Source of the DNA: Leptolyngbyaceae cyanobacterium
GTDB taxonomy: Bacteria; Cyanobacteriota; Cyanobacteriia; Phormidesmidales; Phormidesmidaceae
Direction: 5' to 3'
Length of the DNA stretch: 64,000 nucleotides
NCBI GenBank assembly: GCA_965263355.1
Contig: CBDHHL010000056.1
Location: 384,001-448,000, forward strand
In this document: positions 21,509 through 31,136 of the stretch, one piece after another
How positions within the stretch are numbered: the stretch's first letter is position 1
How the letters are laid out: every line of letters starts with the position of its first letter
Notes under the pieces: model-generated
Database searches by the model: none
What the model saw: only the letters and a program-made list of their open reading frames with translations
Told to the model about the DNA's origin: nothing
Position numbers and translations under genes: made by a program

Positions 21509-22795
21509 GTGAAAAGAGTTCTTTCGATTATTCTCGGCGGCGGTGCTGGTACTCGCCTCTATCCCTTAACTAAGTTTCGTGCAAAGCCCGCAGTTCCTCT
21601 AGCCGGTAAATATCGATTGATTGATATTCCAGTTAGCAACTGTATCAATTCAGAAATAGTAAAGATCTACGTTCTCACGCAGTTTAATTCAGCCTCACTC
21701 AACCGTCATCTCACTCGCGCCTATAACTTTTCTCAGTTTAGCGATGGCTTTGTTGAAGTGCTGGCTGCTCAGCAAACCCCCGAGAGCCCCAGTTGGTTCC
21801 AGGGTACTGCAGACGCTGTTCGTAAGTATCTGTGGCTGTTTGAAAGCTGGGATGTGGATGAAGTGATCATCCTTTCGGGTGATCACCTTTACCGTATGGA
21901 CTACAGACTGTTTGTTGAGCGTCATCGTAGTACTGGAGCGGATATCACGCTATCGGTTGTTCCGGTGGGTTATAAGGTCGCACCTAGCTTTGGTCTGATG
22001 AAAATCGACAATGCCGGACGCATTGTCGACTTTCACGAAAAGCCTAAGGGCGATGCACTGGAGGCGATGAAGGTAGATACCAGTTCGTTGGGATTAAGTC
22101 CTGAAGAGGCAAAGGAAAAGCCTTTCATTGCTTCGATGGGTATTTATGTTTTTACGAAGCAAGCACTGATTGATTTACTACGGCGTTCTCCTGAGCAGAC
22201 CGACTTTGGTAAAGAGATCATTCCAGGAGCCGCCCGTGACTATAATCTCCAGGCCTATCTCTTTGACGGGTATTGGGAAGATATTGGAACTATTGAAGCA
22301 TTCTTTCATGCCAACTTGGCCCTGACTCAGCAGCCTCGTCCACTGTTTAGCTTTTACGAAGAAGACGCGCCGATCTATACAAGGGCCCGCTATCTTCCTC
22401 CTAGCAAGTTGCTCGATTGCAAAGTTAGTCAGTCGATTGTTGGCGATGGTTGCATCCTCAAACAGTGCAGCATTACTCACACGGTGATTGGGTTACGTCA
22501 GCGTATTGGGGCTGGCTGCGAGATTGAAAATGCTTTACTCATGGGAGCTGACTACTATGAGAATACGACTGATAATCAGCACCTGACCCGTGGCAAGATA
22601 CCTGTCGGTATTGGGGAAGACTCCATTATTAAACAGGCCATTATTGATAAAAATGCCCGCATTGGTAGCAATGTGAAAATTGTCAACAAGGAAAATATTC
22701 AGGAAGCTGAACGGGAAGATCTAGGTTTTTATATCCGTAGCGGCATTGTCGTTGTGCTTAAGAACGCAGTCATTCCCGATGGCATGATCATTTAA
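21509..22795 (+). CDS. glgC: Glucose-1-phosphate adenylyltransferase
   Basis: [40 protein letters not shown], and C-terminal [12 protein letters not shown]. Confidence 0.98.
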   Translation: MKRVLSIILGGGAGTRLYPLTKFRAKPAVPLAGKYRLIDIPVSNCINSEIVKIYVLTQFNSASLNRHLTRAYNFSQFSDGFVEVLAAQQTPESPSWFQGTADAVRKYLWLFESWDVDEVIILSGDHLYRMDYRLFVERHRSTGADITLSVVPVGYKVAPSFGLMKIDNAGRIVDFHEKPKGDALEAMKVDTSSLGLSPEEAKEKPFIASMGIYVFTKQALIDLLRRSPEQTDFGKEIIPGAARDYNLQAYLFDGYWEDIGTIEAFFHANLALTQQPRPLFSFYEEDAPIYTRARYLPPSKLLDCKVSQSIVGDGCILKQCSITHTVIGLRQRIGAGCEIENALLMGADYYENTTDNQHLTRGKIPVGIGEDSIIKQAIIDKNARIGSNVKIVNKENIQEAEREDLGFYIRSGIVVVLKNAVIPDGMII

Positions 22796-22797
22796 CC

Positions 22798-22959
22798 GTA
22801 GGGTGGGCGTGCCCACCCTTCACGGGAGGTGCCCCCTCAAAAGGGCTTCCGAAACGGAAGCCCTTTTGCATAAATGTCGTTATCGAATCCTGGGTTTATT
22901 CTGGTGGTAATGTGCCAGGGTGATTTTATTCGCCCATCGGTGGGCGTTGCTCACCCTAC
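22798..22959. repeat. Inverted pair of GTAG-type REP-like palindromes (22798-22819 and 22939-22959)
   Basis: GTAGGGTGGGCGTGCCCACCCT on + and GTAGGGTGAGCAACGCCCACC on -; a related copy at 15742-15762. Confidence 0.65.
22838..22868 (+). terminator. Intrinsic terminator after glgC
   Basis: CAAAAGGGCTTCC-GAAAC-GGAAGCCCTTTTG perfect stem. Confidence 0.8.
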
Positions 22960-22993
22960 TTTCCATTACCCACTTTCTACTCCCTCTCTAAAA

Positions 22994-24220
22994 ATGGATT
23001 TTCGCGAAAGTCTCAAAATGGCGGTTAAGACTCTAACTGCCAGCAAGCTTCGCAGCAGTCTAACCATGTTAGGCATCATTATCGGCAACGCATCGGTTAT
23101 CTCCATGGTGGGCCTGGGGGAAGGTGGTCGCCACTACATCAATGAACAAATCCAAAGCCTGGGACCAAATATTTTATTTATCGTGCCTGGGAACCGAGAA
23201 ACTCGCCAATTAGGAGGTCTGGAAATTACGCGCAATCTAGTATTGGCGGATGCAGAGGCAATTGCCGAACAGGTTCCATCAGTGGTTGATGTGTCGGCTG
23301 AAAATACGACACCCGGACTGGTGACATTTTTAAATCGCAATGCCAATGCCAGCATAATTGGCACTAACCCAGCGTTTATCACCGTCCGCAACTTCACTAC
23401 AGCTCAGGGACGGTTTATTTCTGAGTTAGATATGCAGCGTACCAGTGCCGTTGCTGTGCTAGGCAATTCTCTGGCTGAACGTCTGTTTGAAAATCAGGTG
23501 CCCCTGGGGCAATCGCTACGGATTAATAACGTTACGTTTGAAGTCGTCGGGGTGCTGGCGGTTCAAGGCTCCAATCTAGGGGTTAATTATGATGAGGCGG
23601 TGATGATTCCGATTACCACTCAGGCTAGTCGAATTGTCGGACGCACGTCTCCCTATGGCATTCAGGTAGGGTTTATCTCGGCTACAGCCCGTAATGCGGA
23701 AAGCATGCAAACAGCAGAGTTTCAGGTTACTAACCTGTTGCGGCTACGCCATGGCATTACTCGGCCTGAAGATGATGACTTTTTTATCCAAAATCAGGAT
23801 ACATTGCTGACCATTGCCGACACAATTACGGGAGCCTTGACAGTAATGCTGGCTGCGATCGCAAGCATTTCGCTTCTCGTCGGTGGCATTGGCATAATGA
23901 ATATCATGCTAGTGTCCGTCCGCGAGCGGACCCAGGAAATTGGCCTGCGCAAAGCCATCGGTGCATCCCAGCGGGATATTCTGATTCAATTTTTGATTGA
24001 AGCCATTATCCTCTCTGCTGCTGGTGGCATCATCGGCACCCTATTAGGCGTCAGCGGCATCGGTCTGCTCAGTCTCCTCACCCCCTTTGAATCTTCCGCC
24101 TCAGTTAGCGCCATCGTCGTAGCCGTAGGCGTCTCCGGCAGCATTGGCTTATTTTTTGGCGTTATCCCTGCCCGTCAAGCCGCTAAGTTAGATCCAATCG
24201 TAGCGTTGAGAAGCATTTAA
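22994..24220 (+). CDS. MacB/FtsX-family ABC transporter permease
   Basis: RSSLTMLGIIIG and VGGIGIMNIMLVSVRERTQEIGLRKAIGA. Start moved from 22874 to the MDFRESL ATG because the extension is read through a REP. Confidence 0.92.
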   Translation: MDFRESLKMAVKTLTASKLRSSLTMLGIIIGNASVISMVGLGEGGRHYINEQIQSLGPNILFIVPGNRETRQLGGLEITRNLVLADAEAIAEQVPSVVDVSAENTTPGLVTFLNRNANASIIGTNPAFITVRNFTTAQGRFISELDMQRTSAVAVLGNSLAERLFENQVPLGQSLRINNVTFEVVGVLAVQGSNLGVNYDEAVMIPITTQASRIVGRTSPYGIQVGFISATARNAESMQTAEFQVTNLLRLRHGITRPEDDDFFIQNQDTLLTIADTITGALTVMLAAIASISLLVGGIGIMNIMLVSVRERTQEIGLRKAIGASQRDILIQFLIEAIILSAAGGIIGTLLGVSGIGLLSLLTPFESSASVSAIVVAVGVSGSIGLFFGVIPARQAAKLDPIVALRSI

Positions 24221-24231
24221 AGATATTCCCT

Positions 24232-24948
24232 ATGCCCCCTTTAATCAACCTGCAAAACATTTCCAAAATTTATGGCAGCGGTAACACTGAGGTTAAAGCC
24301 CTATGGGATGTCAGTTTAGGTATTAGCCAGGGAGATTATTGCTCAATTATGGGACCCTCAGGCTCTGGTAAATCCACAGCTATGAATGTCATTGGCTGTT
24401 TGGATCGTCCCACCCATGGTCAATATTTTTTTGATGGTCAGGATGTTGCCCGGCTAGACGATGACACCTTAGCAGTCATTCGCAATCGTAAAATCGGGTT
24501 TGTCTTCCAACAGTTTCATCTACTGCCCCAGCTGAGCGCCCTCGATAACGTTGCCCTACCCATGGTATATGGGGGAATTCCTGCCACTGAACGTCGTGAA
24601 CGGGCTGCCAATGCGCTCCAACGGGTGGGCTTAGGCAATCGTCTGACCAATAAACCCAGTCAGTTATCTGGGGGACAACAACAGCGGGTGGCCATAGCCC
24701 GAGCCATTGTTAATCGACCGCTGCTACTACTTGCTGACGAGCCTACTGGTGCTCTGGATACTACCACTACCGAAGAGGTAATGAAAATTTTTGCCGAACT
24801 AAATCTTGGCGGAATTACCGTTGTAATGGTCACCCATGAACCCGCTGTTGCCAAATTAACAAAACGGGTGGTGTGGTTTCGTGATGGTGAGGTCGTGGAT
24901 GCCCATATGAGTCCTGAAAAAGTTGGCTACGGCACATTAGCAGAATAG
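24232..24948 (+). CDS. MacB/LolD-family ABC ATPase
   Basis: GPSGSGKS, LSGGQQQRVAIARA and LADEPTGALD. Confidence 0.95.
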   Translation: MPPLINLQNISKIYGSGNTEVKALWDVSLGISQGDYCSIMGPSGSGKSTAMNVIGCLDRPTHGQYFFDGQDVARLDDDTLAVIRNRKIGFVFQQFHLLPQLSALDNVALPMVYGGIPATERRERAANALQRVGLGNRLTNKPSQLSGGQQQRVAIARAIVNRPLLLLADEPTGALDTTTTEEVMKIFAELNLGGITVVMVTHEPAVAKLTKRVVWFRDGEVVDAHMSPEKVGYGTLAE

Positions 24949-25145
24949 GGAAAATTACGGACACGACCTCAGCAGAATGGCCGAAATTAGGTGGTAGGCT
25001 ATAGGCGTTTGATTTGTATCATTTGATCTTGTCGCTCATTTAACCTTGCTCACAATCAAATCACCTGGATCACCAAACGCCGATTAACAGATAACAAGCA
25101 GTCAGTTATTAGCCAGCCATTAGTCAACTCAAGGGAACATATCAA

Positions 25146-26009
25146 ATGAATTTAGGCCATCGCTATGGGCTATCGTTATTGCTCGCATTGAGTGTGACTG
25201 CGGTTAAGCCAGCCTTTGCCCAACAAACATTTCGCAGCGCTGAAGCAGCCTTAGAACAAGGCGTTATCTATGTCCAGCAAGGTCAACTTGAGGATGCGAT
25301 CGCGGCTTTTCAAAGCGCCATTGACCTCGACCCTAGCCTAGCTGTTGCCCATTACAACCTGGGTTTAGCTTATCGAGAGCAACGTCAAATGCAAGAAGCT
25401 GCTAACGCCTTTTGGCAGGCCACCCAAAAAGATCCTAACTTTACGATGGCCTATGTCAACTTGGGAGCAGCTTTACTCGATGGCGGCAACCTGGAACAGG
25501 CTGAAAGTTATTTACAGCGGGCAGTTACCCTGGAACCCGAGTTGGGCATTAGCCATTACAATCTGGGATTAGTACAACGTAAACAAGGGAAGCTATCAGC
25601 GGCACTCACTTCTTTTTTGTCCGCCGTAAACCATAGCCCTCAGTCACCAGAAGTTCACTATCAGATTGGCCTGATTTACTTACAGCAAAATCAACTAGAT
25701 GGAGCTGTACAGGCCCTTGAAACCGCTATTGCCCTTGACAATAATTATCCAGAAGCCCATTACAACCTGGGTATCACCTACTTTGGTCGAGGTGATTCAG
25801 AACTAGCTCTGGAAAATTTTGACCGGGCGATTCAGCTCTATCCCTCCTTTGGTCACGCCTATTATTCCAAGGGTTTAGCCCTGGTCGAACTAGGGCGCAC
25901 TGATGAAGCCGAACAGGTATTTCAACAGGCGCTCAACCTTTACATCAACCAAGGGCGTAATCAGTGGGTGATCAATACCCAAGCCCAGCTAGATCGCATC
26001 CGCCAGTAG
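25146..26009 (+). CDS. Secreted TPR-repeat protein
   Basis: Signal peptide (..PAFA|Q) and multiple 34-aa AHYNLG-type repeats. Confidence 0.92.
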   Translation: MNLGHRYGLSLLLALSVTAVKPAFAQQTFRSAEAALEQGVIYVQQGQLEDAIAAFQSAIDLDPSLAVAHYNLGLAYREQRQMQEAANAFWQATQKDPNFTMAYVNLGAALLDGGNLEQAESYLQRAVTLEPELGISHYNLGLVQRKQGKLSAALTSFLSAVNHSPQSPEVHYQIGLIYLQQNQLDGAVQALETAIALDNNYPEAHYNLGITYFGRGDSELALENFDRAIQLYPSFGHAYYSKGLALVELGRTDEAEQVFQQALNLYINQGRNQWVINTQAQLDRIRQ

Positions 26010-26044
26010 GGGCATTTCCTTACGGGTGCACCGCTAATGAAACG

Positions 26045-26431
26045 CTACTCTAAATTAAAGAAATCCAGTTCAAATGCACGGACCTGACCACTTTCCAAGA
26101 GTGCCAGATTACTTTTTAATTGTCGCCATACTAACCCGGCACTTAAAAATGTTAAGCCAGCGGCGGCGGCATAGGAAAGCCACGTAGGCGTCCCAAAACA
26201 CCCCAAACCCGATGCCAAGAAAATGGCCGTCCCAGTACAGATGCCAAAAAATGGCAGTTGGATATTCAATCCACCTAACTTAGCTACCACCGCTGATGAA
26301 CGGGTTTTATTCCATGCCGCTACAATTTCTTTAAGCACCGCACTAAAGGCCGCACCCGACGTTACTGCAATCAATAGACCAGCCACCATAAAAAAGTAAG
26401 GAGGCGTAAAAAAGTAGTAGTAGTAAGTCAT
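26045..26431 (-). CDS. Hypothetical membrane protein (about 3 TM)
   Basis: Hydrophobic 128-aa ORF that fills the intergenic gap. Confidence 0.75.
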   Translation of the reverse strand: MTYYYYFFTPPYFFMVAGLLIAVTSGAAFSAVLKEIVAAWNKTRSSAVVAKLGGLNIQLPFFGICTGTAIFLASGLGCFGTPTWLSYAAAAGLTFLSAGLVWRQLKSNLALLESGQVRAFELDFFNLE

Positions 26432-26600
26432 GGTTAGACCGTCACATGTAAAGTTCTATTAATGATATTTATTATACGCCCAGATTAAACCTCCAAATCA
26501 CCTGTCCAAACTCAGTCGCTAGCGCTGTGTCCCACCTTATGGCTAGGCTATGTAATCAGAGAGTTCGTTAGCTCTTCTGTCGTCTATTTGGGATTGCACC

Positions 26601-27689
26601 ATGACCCAGGCATCTATTGGTGTGGCTGTTGTTGGCACTGGATTTGGTCAAAAAATTCATATTCCTGGTTTTAAGGCCCACCATCGTACAGACGTGGTAG
26701 CGGTTTATCATCGCGATCGCAACCAAGCTCAAATTATCGCTGAACGCCATGGTATTCCCCATGCTTGCGATACTATCGATGCAATTGTCGCTTTACCCAA
26801 TGTGCAAGCCGTTAGCGTGGCTACACCTCCTTTTGCACACCACGCTATGGCAGCAGCAGTACTCAAAGCCGGCAAGCATTTGTTACTGGAAAAACCTACG
26901 GCTCTCAATGTACAAGAAGCTAAGGAACTCCATGACTTAGCACAACAGCACCAAGTAACCGCTATCATGGACTTCGAGTTCCGATTTATTCCAGCCTGGC
27001 AGCGCTTAGCAGAGCTACTCAAAGAAGAGTATGTCGGTCAAAAGCGGCTGATCAAAATTGACTGGATTGCTGGCAGTCGGGCAAATCCAGAGCGGGCTTG
27101 GAACTGGTATGCCCGCCAAGATCGGGGGGGCGGCGCATTGGGGTCCATTGGCTCTCACATGTTCGACTATGTTGCCTGGTTATTTGGCCCAGTTCACCGG
27201 TTGTCAGCCAACCTAAGCACCACCATTACTCAACGCCCAGACCCAATCTCTGGTGACTATAAGCCGGTTGATTCTGACGATACCTGCAGTATTAGTTTGG
27301 AACTCGTTGATGGCACTCCAGTACAAGTTACCCTCAGTGCCGTAGCCCTAGCTGGTCGCGGACATTGGATTGAAGTTTATGGAGAAAAGGGTACCTTAGT
27401 GCTCGGTAATGCCAATCAAAAAGACTATATTCACGGCTTTACTCTCTTCGGTAGTCAAGCTGGCTCTCCCTTAGTTCAGCTTGATATTCCAGAACGGCTG
27501 GAGTTTCCAAAACGTTACGATGACGGTAGACTCGCCCCATTCATCCGTGTTGTAGATCATTGGGTAGCTTGCATTGACCAACAACAAACCTCAGCTCCTT
27601 CCCTGACAGAAGGTGTTTATTCACAACTGCTGATGGATTTTACCCATCAAGCCCATCGTCAAAAAACTTGGGTGACCGTATCCGATTAA
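26601..27689 (+). CDS. Gfo/Idh/MocA-family oxidoreductase
   Basis: GVAVVGTGFG Rossmann motif, KHLLLEKP, GGGALGSIGSHMFD. Confidence 0.92.
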   Translation: MTQASIGVAVVGTGFGQKIHIPGFKAHHRTDVVAVYHRDRNQAQIIAERHGIPHACDTIDAIVALPNVQAVSVATPPFAHHAMAAAVLKAGKHLLLEKPTALNVQEAKELHDLAQQHQVTAIMDFEFRFIPAWQRLAELLKEEYVGQKRLIKIDWIAGSRANPERAWNWYARQDRGGGALGSIGSHMFDYVAWLFGPVHRLSANLSTTITQRPDPISGDYKPVDSDDTCSISLELVDGTPVQVTLSAVALAGRGHWIEVYGEKGTLVLGNANQKDYIHGFTLFGSQAGSPLVQLDIPERLEFPKRYDDGRLAPFIRVVDHWVACIDQQQTSAPSLTEGVYSQLLMDFTHQAHRQKTWVTVSD

Positions 27690-27797
27690 ACTGCATTAAC
27701 TTAGAGATGACCTCATCAATACCCATGGAGTGATGTCCTGAGTAATGTACATTAAGTATAATTCGTAGCATCTTGAGGATATAGGTCGTCAAAAGCC

Positions 27798-28607
27798 ATG
27801 TCGTCGCAAAAATTTCCCATTACTTCCCTACAAACCCTTAGACGATCTCTCAAGCAGCAGCTAGTACTGCCAGCCTGTGAGCATACCCCTAATGCTACAA
27901 CTGAAAATATGGCTGAACCTGATTCATTGGCCAGCTTGAGTGATCTATTTCGTCAAGGAGGCATCACCCATTCCGAAGGATCCACACCCAATGCTAATGG
28001 CCAATGGTTCATTAGCACAGTCGATGCTAGTGCTGCTCTTAGAAACCTGCCAGGAATTGCCTTCAAGCCTAACTATTGTCTAGTCACCTATCTCTATCGC
28101 ATCAGACGAGCCCATACAAACCATGGCGGTGCCGTCACTTGGGCAATGGCAAATCAACTCAGCACCACTTCTCATCTAGAAGCCGCATTGACTCTGGCTG
28201 GTGACCATAATATGCCCCCATATCCTGAAGGTGCCTTGCTAAACTATATGAACGCCATTACGGGCAACCTAACGCCAGCCTCATTTCTAATTGCGTCAGT
28301 TCTTCAGCGAGAACTCCAAGAATTTGGCCGCTGTGGCCAATTTCACCGTTGGCACCATCACCGTCTAATTGGTACTGTCCCCAAGCAACGTCATTGGCAA
28401 TGGCGTATGGAACAGCCTCAAGATTTAAATCCAATCGTACATAAGCTACCTAACGGTAAGATAGCTGTTGAATTTTACACCTGCCGCGTCGTCCCACCTA
28501 TTGGGATCTTCCGCCACGTTGATCGATACCCAGGCAACAGTTATGTAGCCAAAGCTAGCGACCAGGCTATTGCATCTCCTGTAGAACAGGAATCTAAACT
28601 TGCTTAG
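27798..28607 (+). CDS. Hypothetical protein
   Basis: 269-aa ORF with upstream purine-rich RBS-like sequence; no family recognised. Confidence 0.75.
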   Translation: MSSQKFPITSLQTLRRSLKQQLVLPACEHTPNATTENMAEPDSLASLSDLFRQGGITHSEGSTPNANGQWFISTVDASAALRNLPGIAFKPNYCLVTYLYRIRRAHTNHGGAVTWAMANQLSTTSHLEAALTLAGDHNMPPYPEGALLNYMNAITGNLTPASFLIASVLQRELQEFGRCGQFHRWHHHRLIGTVPKQRHWQWRMEQPQDLNPIVHKLPNGKIAVEFYTCRVVPPIGIFRHVDRYPGNSYVAKASDQAIASPVEQESKLA

Positions 28608-28812
28608 TTGTCTGTCAAGCCTAAGATTTAGGATGAGGCTAGTAAAGAGTGAAAAATCAAATAGGATGAAGCGTTACTCCTTATCCTATAGCCCTGGGGA
28701 CATAGCTGACGCTAGTACCCTTTATCGGTGCAGAATCCTAATTTTTAGCGTTGACGCTGCATTAGTCAGAGATAAGGATATAACTAACAACTGGTCGGCC
28801 TAGTCAGCTGAT

Positions 28813-29439
28813 TTATCGCAGAAAGCTACTAATAAACCACAGTAAGGTCATGGTAATGATGGCTATGACAGATTCCCCGAGGGGACCATTCGCTGTCAGA
28901 CCTAAGCCTTGCTGACCAATCAGGGTAATGACCAAAACTCCCAGTAAAACCCCTATCAATAAACCACCAGCAGCAAAGGCAAATGAGCGCCAAAACTTCC
29001 GCTCCTTACGGTTGAGAAAGAAAATAGTTGCGGCAACTGAAAATCCTAGGGCAGTGGCAGCACTGTTAGCAACAAACCAAGCCATTGCGGCTAGCACTAA
29101 AAAGACGACCGATGGCCAAAGAATATCGCTTCGACTGGGGGTATCTAACCAATCCTGCAGCCAGTCAGGTGGCTGAGGCGCAGGTAAAGAAGTTCTGGGG
29201 GTAGAGGTTGATGCTTCTGTATTTTTTTCTGCAAATCGAATCCGATCAGGCACCTTAATTTTGCCTTCCTGGCGCATGCGCAACCGTTCCATCAAGATGG
29301 CGTCGTAGGCGGCCTCGATAGCCTCTTTCTGCTGAGGATTGTGTTCACATTCTTCTAGGAGGCGCTTACGAGCGACCTGTACCTCTTCAAACGAAGATGA
29401 TTCATCCAATCCCAACGTTTTATAGTTGCTCTCATTCAT
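28813..29439 (-). CDS. CPP1-like (J-like domain, DUF3353) membrane protein
   Basis: YKTLGLDESSSFEEVQ..IEAAYDAILMERLRMRQEGKIKVPDRIRF followed by TM helices. Confidence 0.88.
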   Translation of the reverse strand: MNESNYKTLGLDESSSFEEVQVARKRLLEECEHNPQQKEAIEAAYDAILMERLRMRQEGKIKVPDRIRFAEKNTEASTSTPRTSLPAPQPPDWLQDWLDTPSRSDILWPSVVFLVLAAMAWFVANSAATALGFSVAATIFFLNRKERKFWRSFAFAAGGLLIGVLLGVLVITLIGQQGLGLTANGPLGESVIAIITMTLLWFISSFLR

Positions 29440-29709
29440 GTCGACACCTGGTATGTACGGTGGCTATTACGACGCTTACAACGATGATATAGCATACACC
29501 TATGGTGAACAGTGCGCTCCGTTGCACATCAAAAACCATCATGGCCTATATCAATCACCAGTTTAACCATCCTGACAAAAAAATTAAGTCAAGGATGACA
29601 GAAATGTCAGATAACTTTTTAGAAGTTTCCTTGCAACCCATGGTTGCATCCTTATGATTATTGGAGATTCCTGGCAGCGCTGGCAGCAAATCTTTGAGAA
29701 CGTACTCAG

Positions 29710-29941
29710 ATGGTGCTGTACACAACGGATATGCACTACCGATAAATCCAAGATATTTCAATAAACTTATAGGTGTGGCATCTTTAGTGCCAATTGACTG
29801 GCTGTATTTAGCAGAATTCTTTGATATGGTGCTGTACACAACGGATATGCACTACCGATAAATCCAAGATATTTCAATAAACTTATAGGTGTGGCATCTT
29901 TAGTGCCAATTGACTGGCTGTATTTAGCAGAATTCTTTGAT
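29710..29941. repeat. Exact 116-bp tandem duplication
   Basis: 29710-29825 is identical to 29826-29941. Confidence 0.95.
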
Positions 29942-30186
29942 AAGGTGTGGAAGCCCTGTAAAACTTCTCTGAAGTTATTGAAAACTTGTGAAATAGGACT
30001 TTAGACGGACCCTCACGGGCAGTCTAATCTCAATAGGTTTTATATCGTTGCTGATTTACAGAAAAAATCGATTTAGGATGGATGCAATTTTGCTAAACCT
30101 TCTCGGATTAAATCATCTCGAGGATCAGCAACACCGGATTTATTTTTACCTTTTTACCTAGACTCGTATTTTTTGGTGTAAGGATT

Positions 30187-30909
30187 ATGACCACGGCCTC
30201 TGCCAAAATTTTAGTTGTTGATGACGACCCAGCCATTCGCAATCTTATCCATCGATTTTTAGCGAAGCAGACCTATGAAATGGAATCTGCTGAGGATGGG
30301 AAACACGCGTTGGCTATGTTTGAGCAGTTCAATCCAGATTTAGTCATCCTGGATGTCAATTTACCTGACGCAAATGGCTATGACCTGTGCAAGGAAATGC
30401 AATCCCGCACAGGCGTCTTTGTATTAATGCTCACTAGTCGTACTGATGAATCGGACAAAATTCATGGTTTTAATCAAGGGGCCGATGACTACATCACAAA
30501 GCCATTTAGCTTAGGTGAACTTGAGGTTCGAGTCGGCGCTATTTTGAAGCGTCAACGGCCAGTGACCGCTGCTGAGCAGCAGTGTCTGACGTTTAATTCC
30601 TTGGCCATTGATCCCATCCGCCGAGAAGTTACCCTTGAAAGTCAGTTGGTTCCTTTAACAGCTCTGGAATTCGATTTGCTCCACTTCCTCGCTAGTCACC
30701 CCGGTCGTGTGTGGCGGCGGACTGAGCTGATCCAAAAGGTTTGGGATTATGAATATGTGGGTGACCAGCGCGTAGTCGATGTACACATCGGTCAGATTCG
30801 TAAAAAGATCGAGATAGATACCAACCAGCCAACATTAATCCAAACAGTACGTGGTGTAGGGTACAAGTTTGAGCCACCCTCTACCGGTGGGGAACCCGCT
30901 GAAGGATAA
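30187..30909 (+). CDS. OmpR/PhoB-family response regulator (no cognate kinase nearby)
   Basis: ILVVDDD, DLVILDVNLP, ADDYITKPF, and wHTH RVVDVHIGQIRKK..TVRGVGYKF. Confidence 0.95.
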   Translation: MTTASAKILVVDDDPAIRNLIHRFLAKQTYEMESAEDGKHALAMFEQFNPDLVILDVNLPDANGYDLCKEMQSRTGVFVLMLTSRTDESDKIHGFNQGADDYITKPFSLGELEVRVGAILKRQRPVTAAEQQCLTFNSLAIDPIRREVTLESQLVPLTALEFDLLHFLASHPGRVWRRTELIQKVWDYEYVGDQRVVDVHIGQIRKKIEIDTNQPTLIQTVRGVGYKFEPPSTGGEPAEG

Positions 30910-31015
30910 GTGGGTGAGTAGTGTTATTGGTGTGTAACATTGTTTGACTTAACCGTCTTACCTGGCCCGTCTTACCTGACTGAGTGACTCAATGACTAAC
31001 GTTTGGGATAGCGCC

Positions 31016-31053
31016 TAAGCACTACAGAACTTTTCTGTAGTGCTTATTTTTTT
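31016..31053 (+). terminator. Intrinsic terminator after the response regulator
   Basis: TAAGCACTACAGAA-CTT-TTCTGTAGTGCTTA followed by T7. Confidence 0.85.
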
Positions 31054-31073
31054 CCACCCACGGCTCACCTGCT

Positions 31074-31103
31074 AAAAAAAGGCCTTCGCTGCGCGAAGGC
31101 CTT
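31074..31103 (-). terminator. Intrinsic terminator after the hetZ-like gene
   Basis: A7-GGCCTTCGC-TGC-GCGAAGGCC, giving a U tract on the minus strand. Confidence 0.85.
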
Positions 31104-31136
31104 GGACGTGCACTCAAGGAAATGACTCGGGAAAAG

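Noticed and set aside
22874..22993. N-terminal extension of the ABC permease
   Set aside because: It translates a REP-like palindrome; the family-like sequence begins at ATG 22994.
29555..29861. Two short ORFs (94 aa on -, 66 aa on +)
   Set aside because: They overlap the 116-bp duplication, show no recognisable motif, and are probably artefacts.
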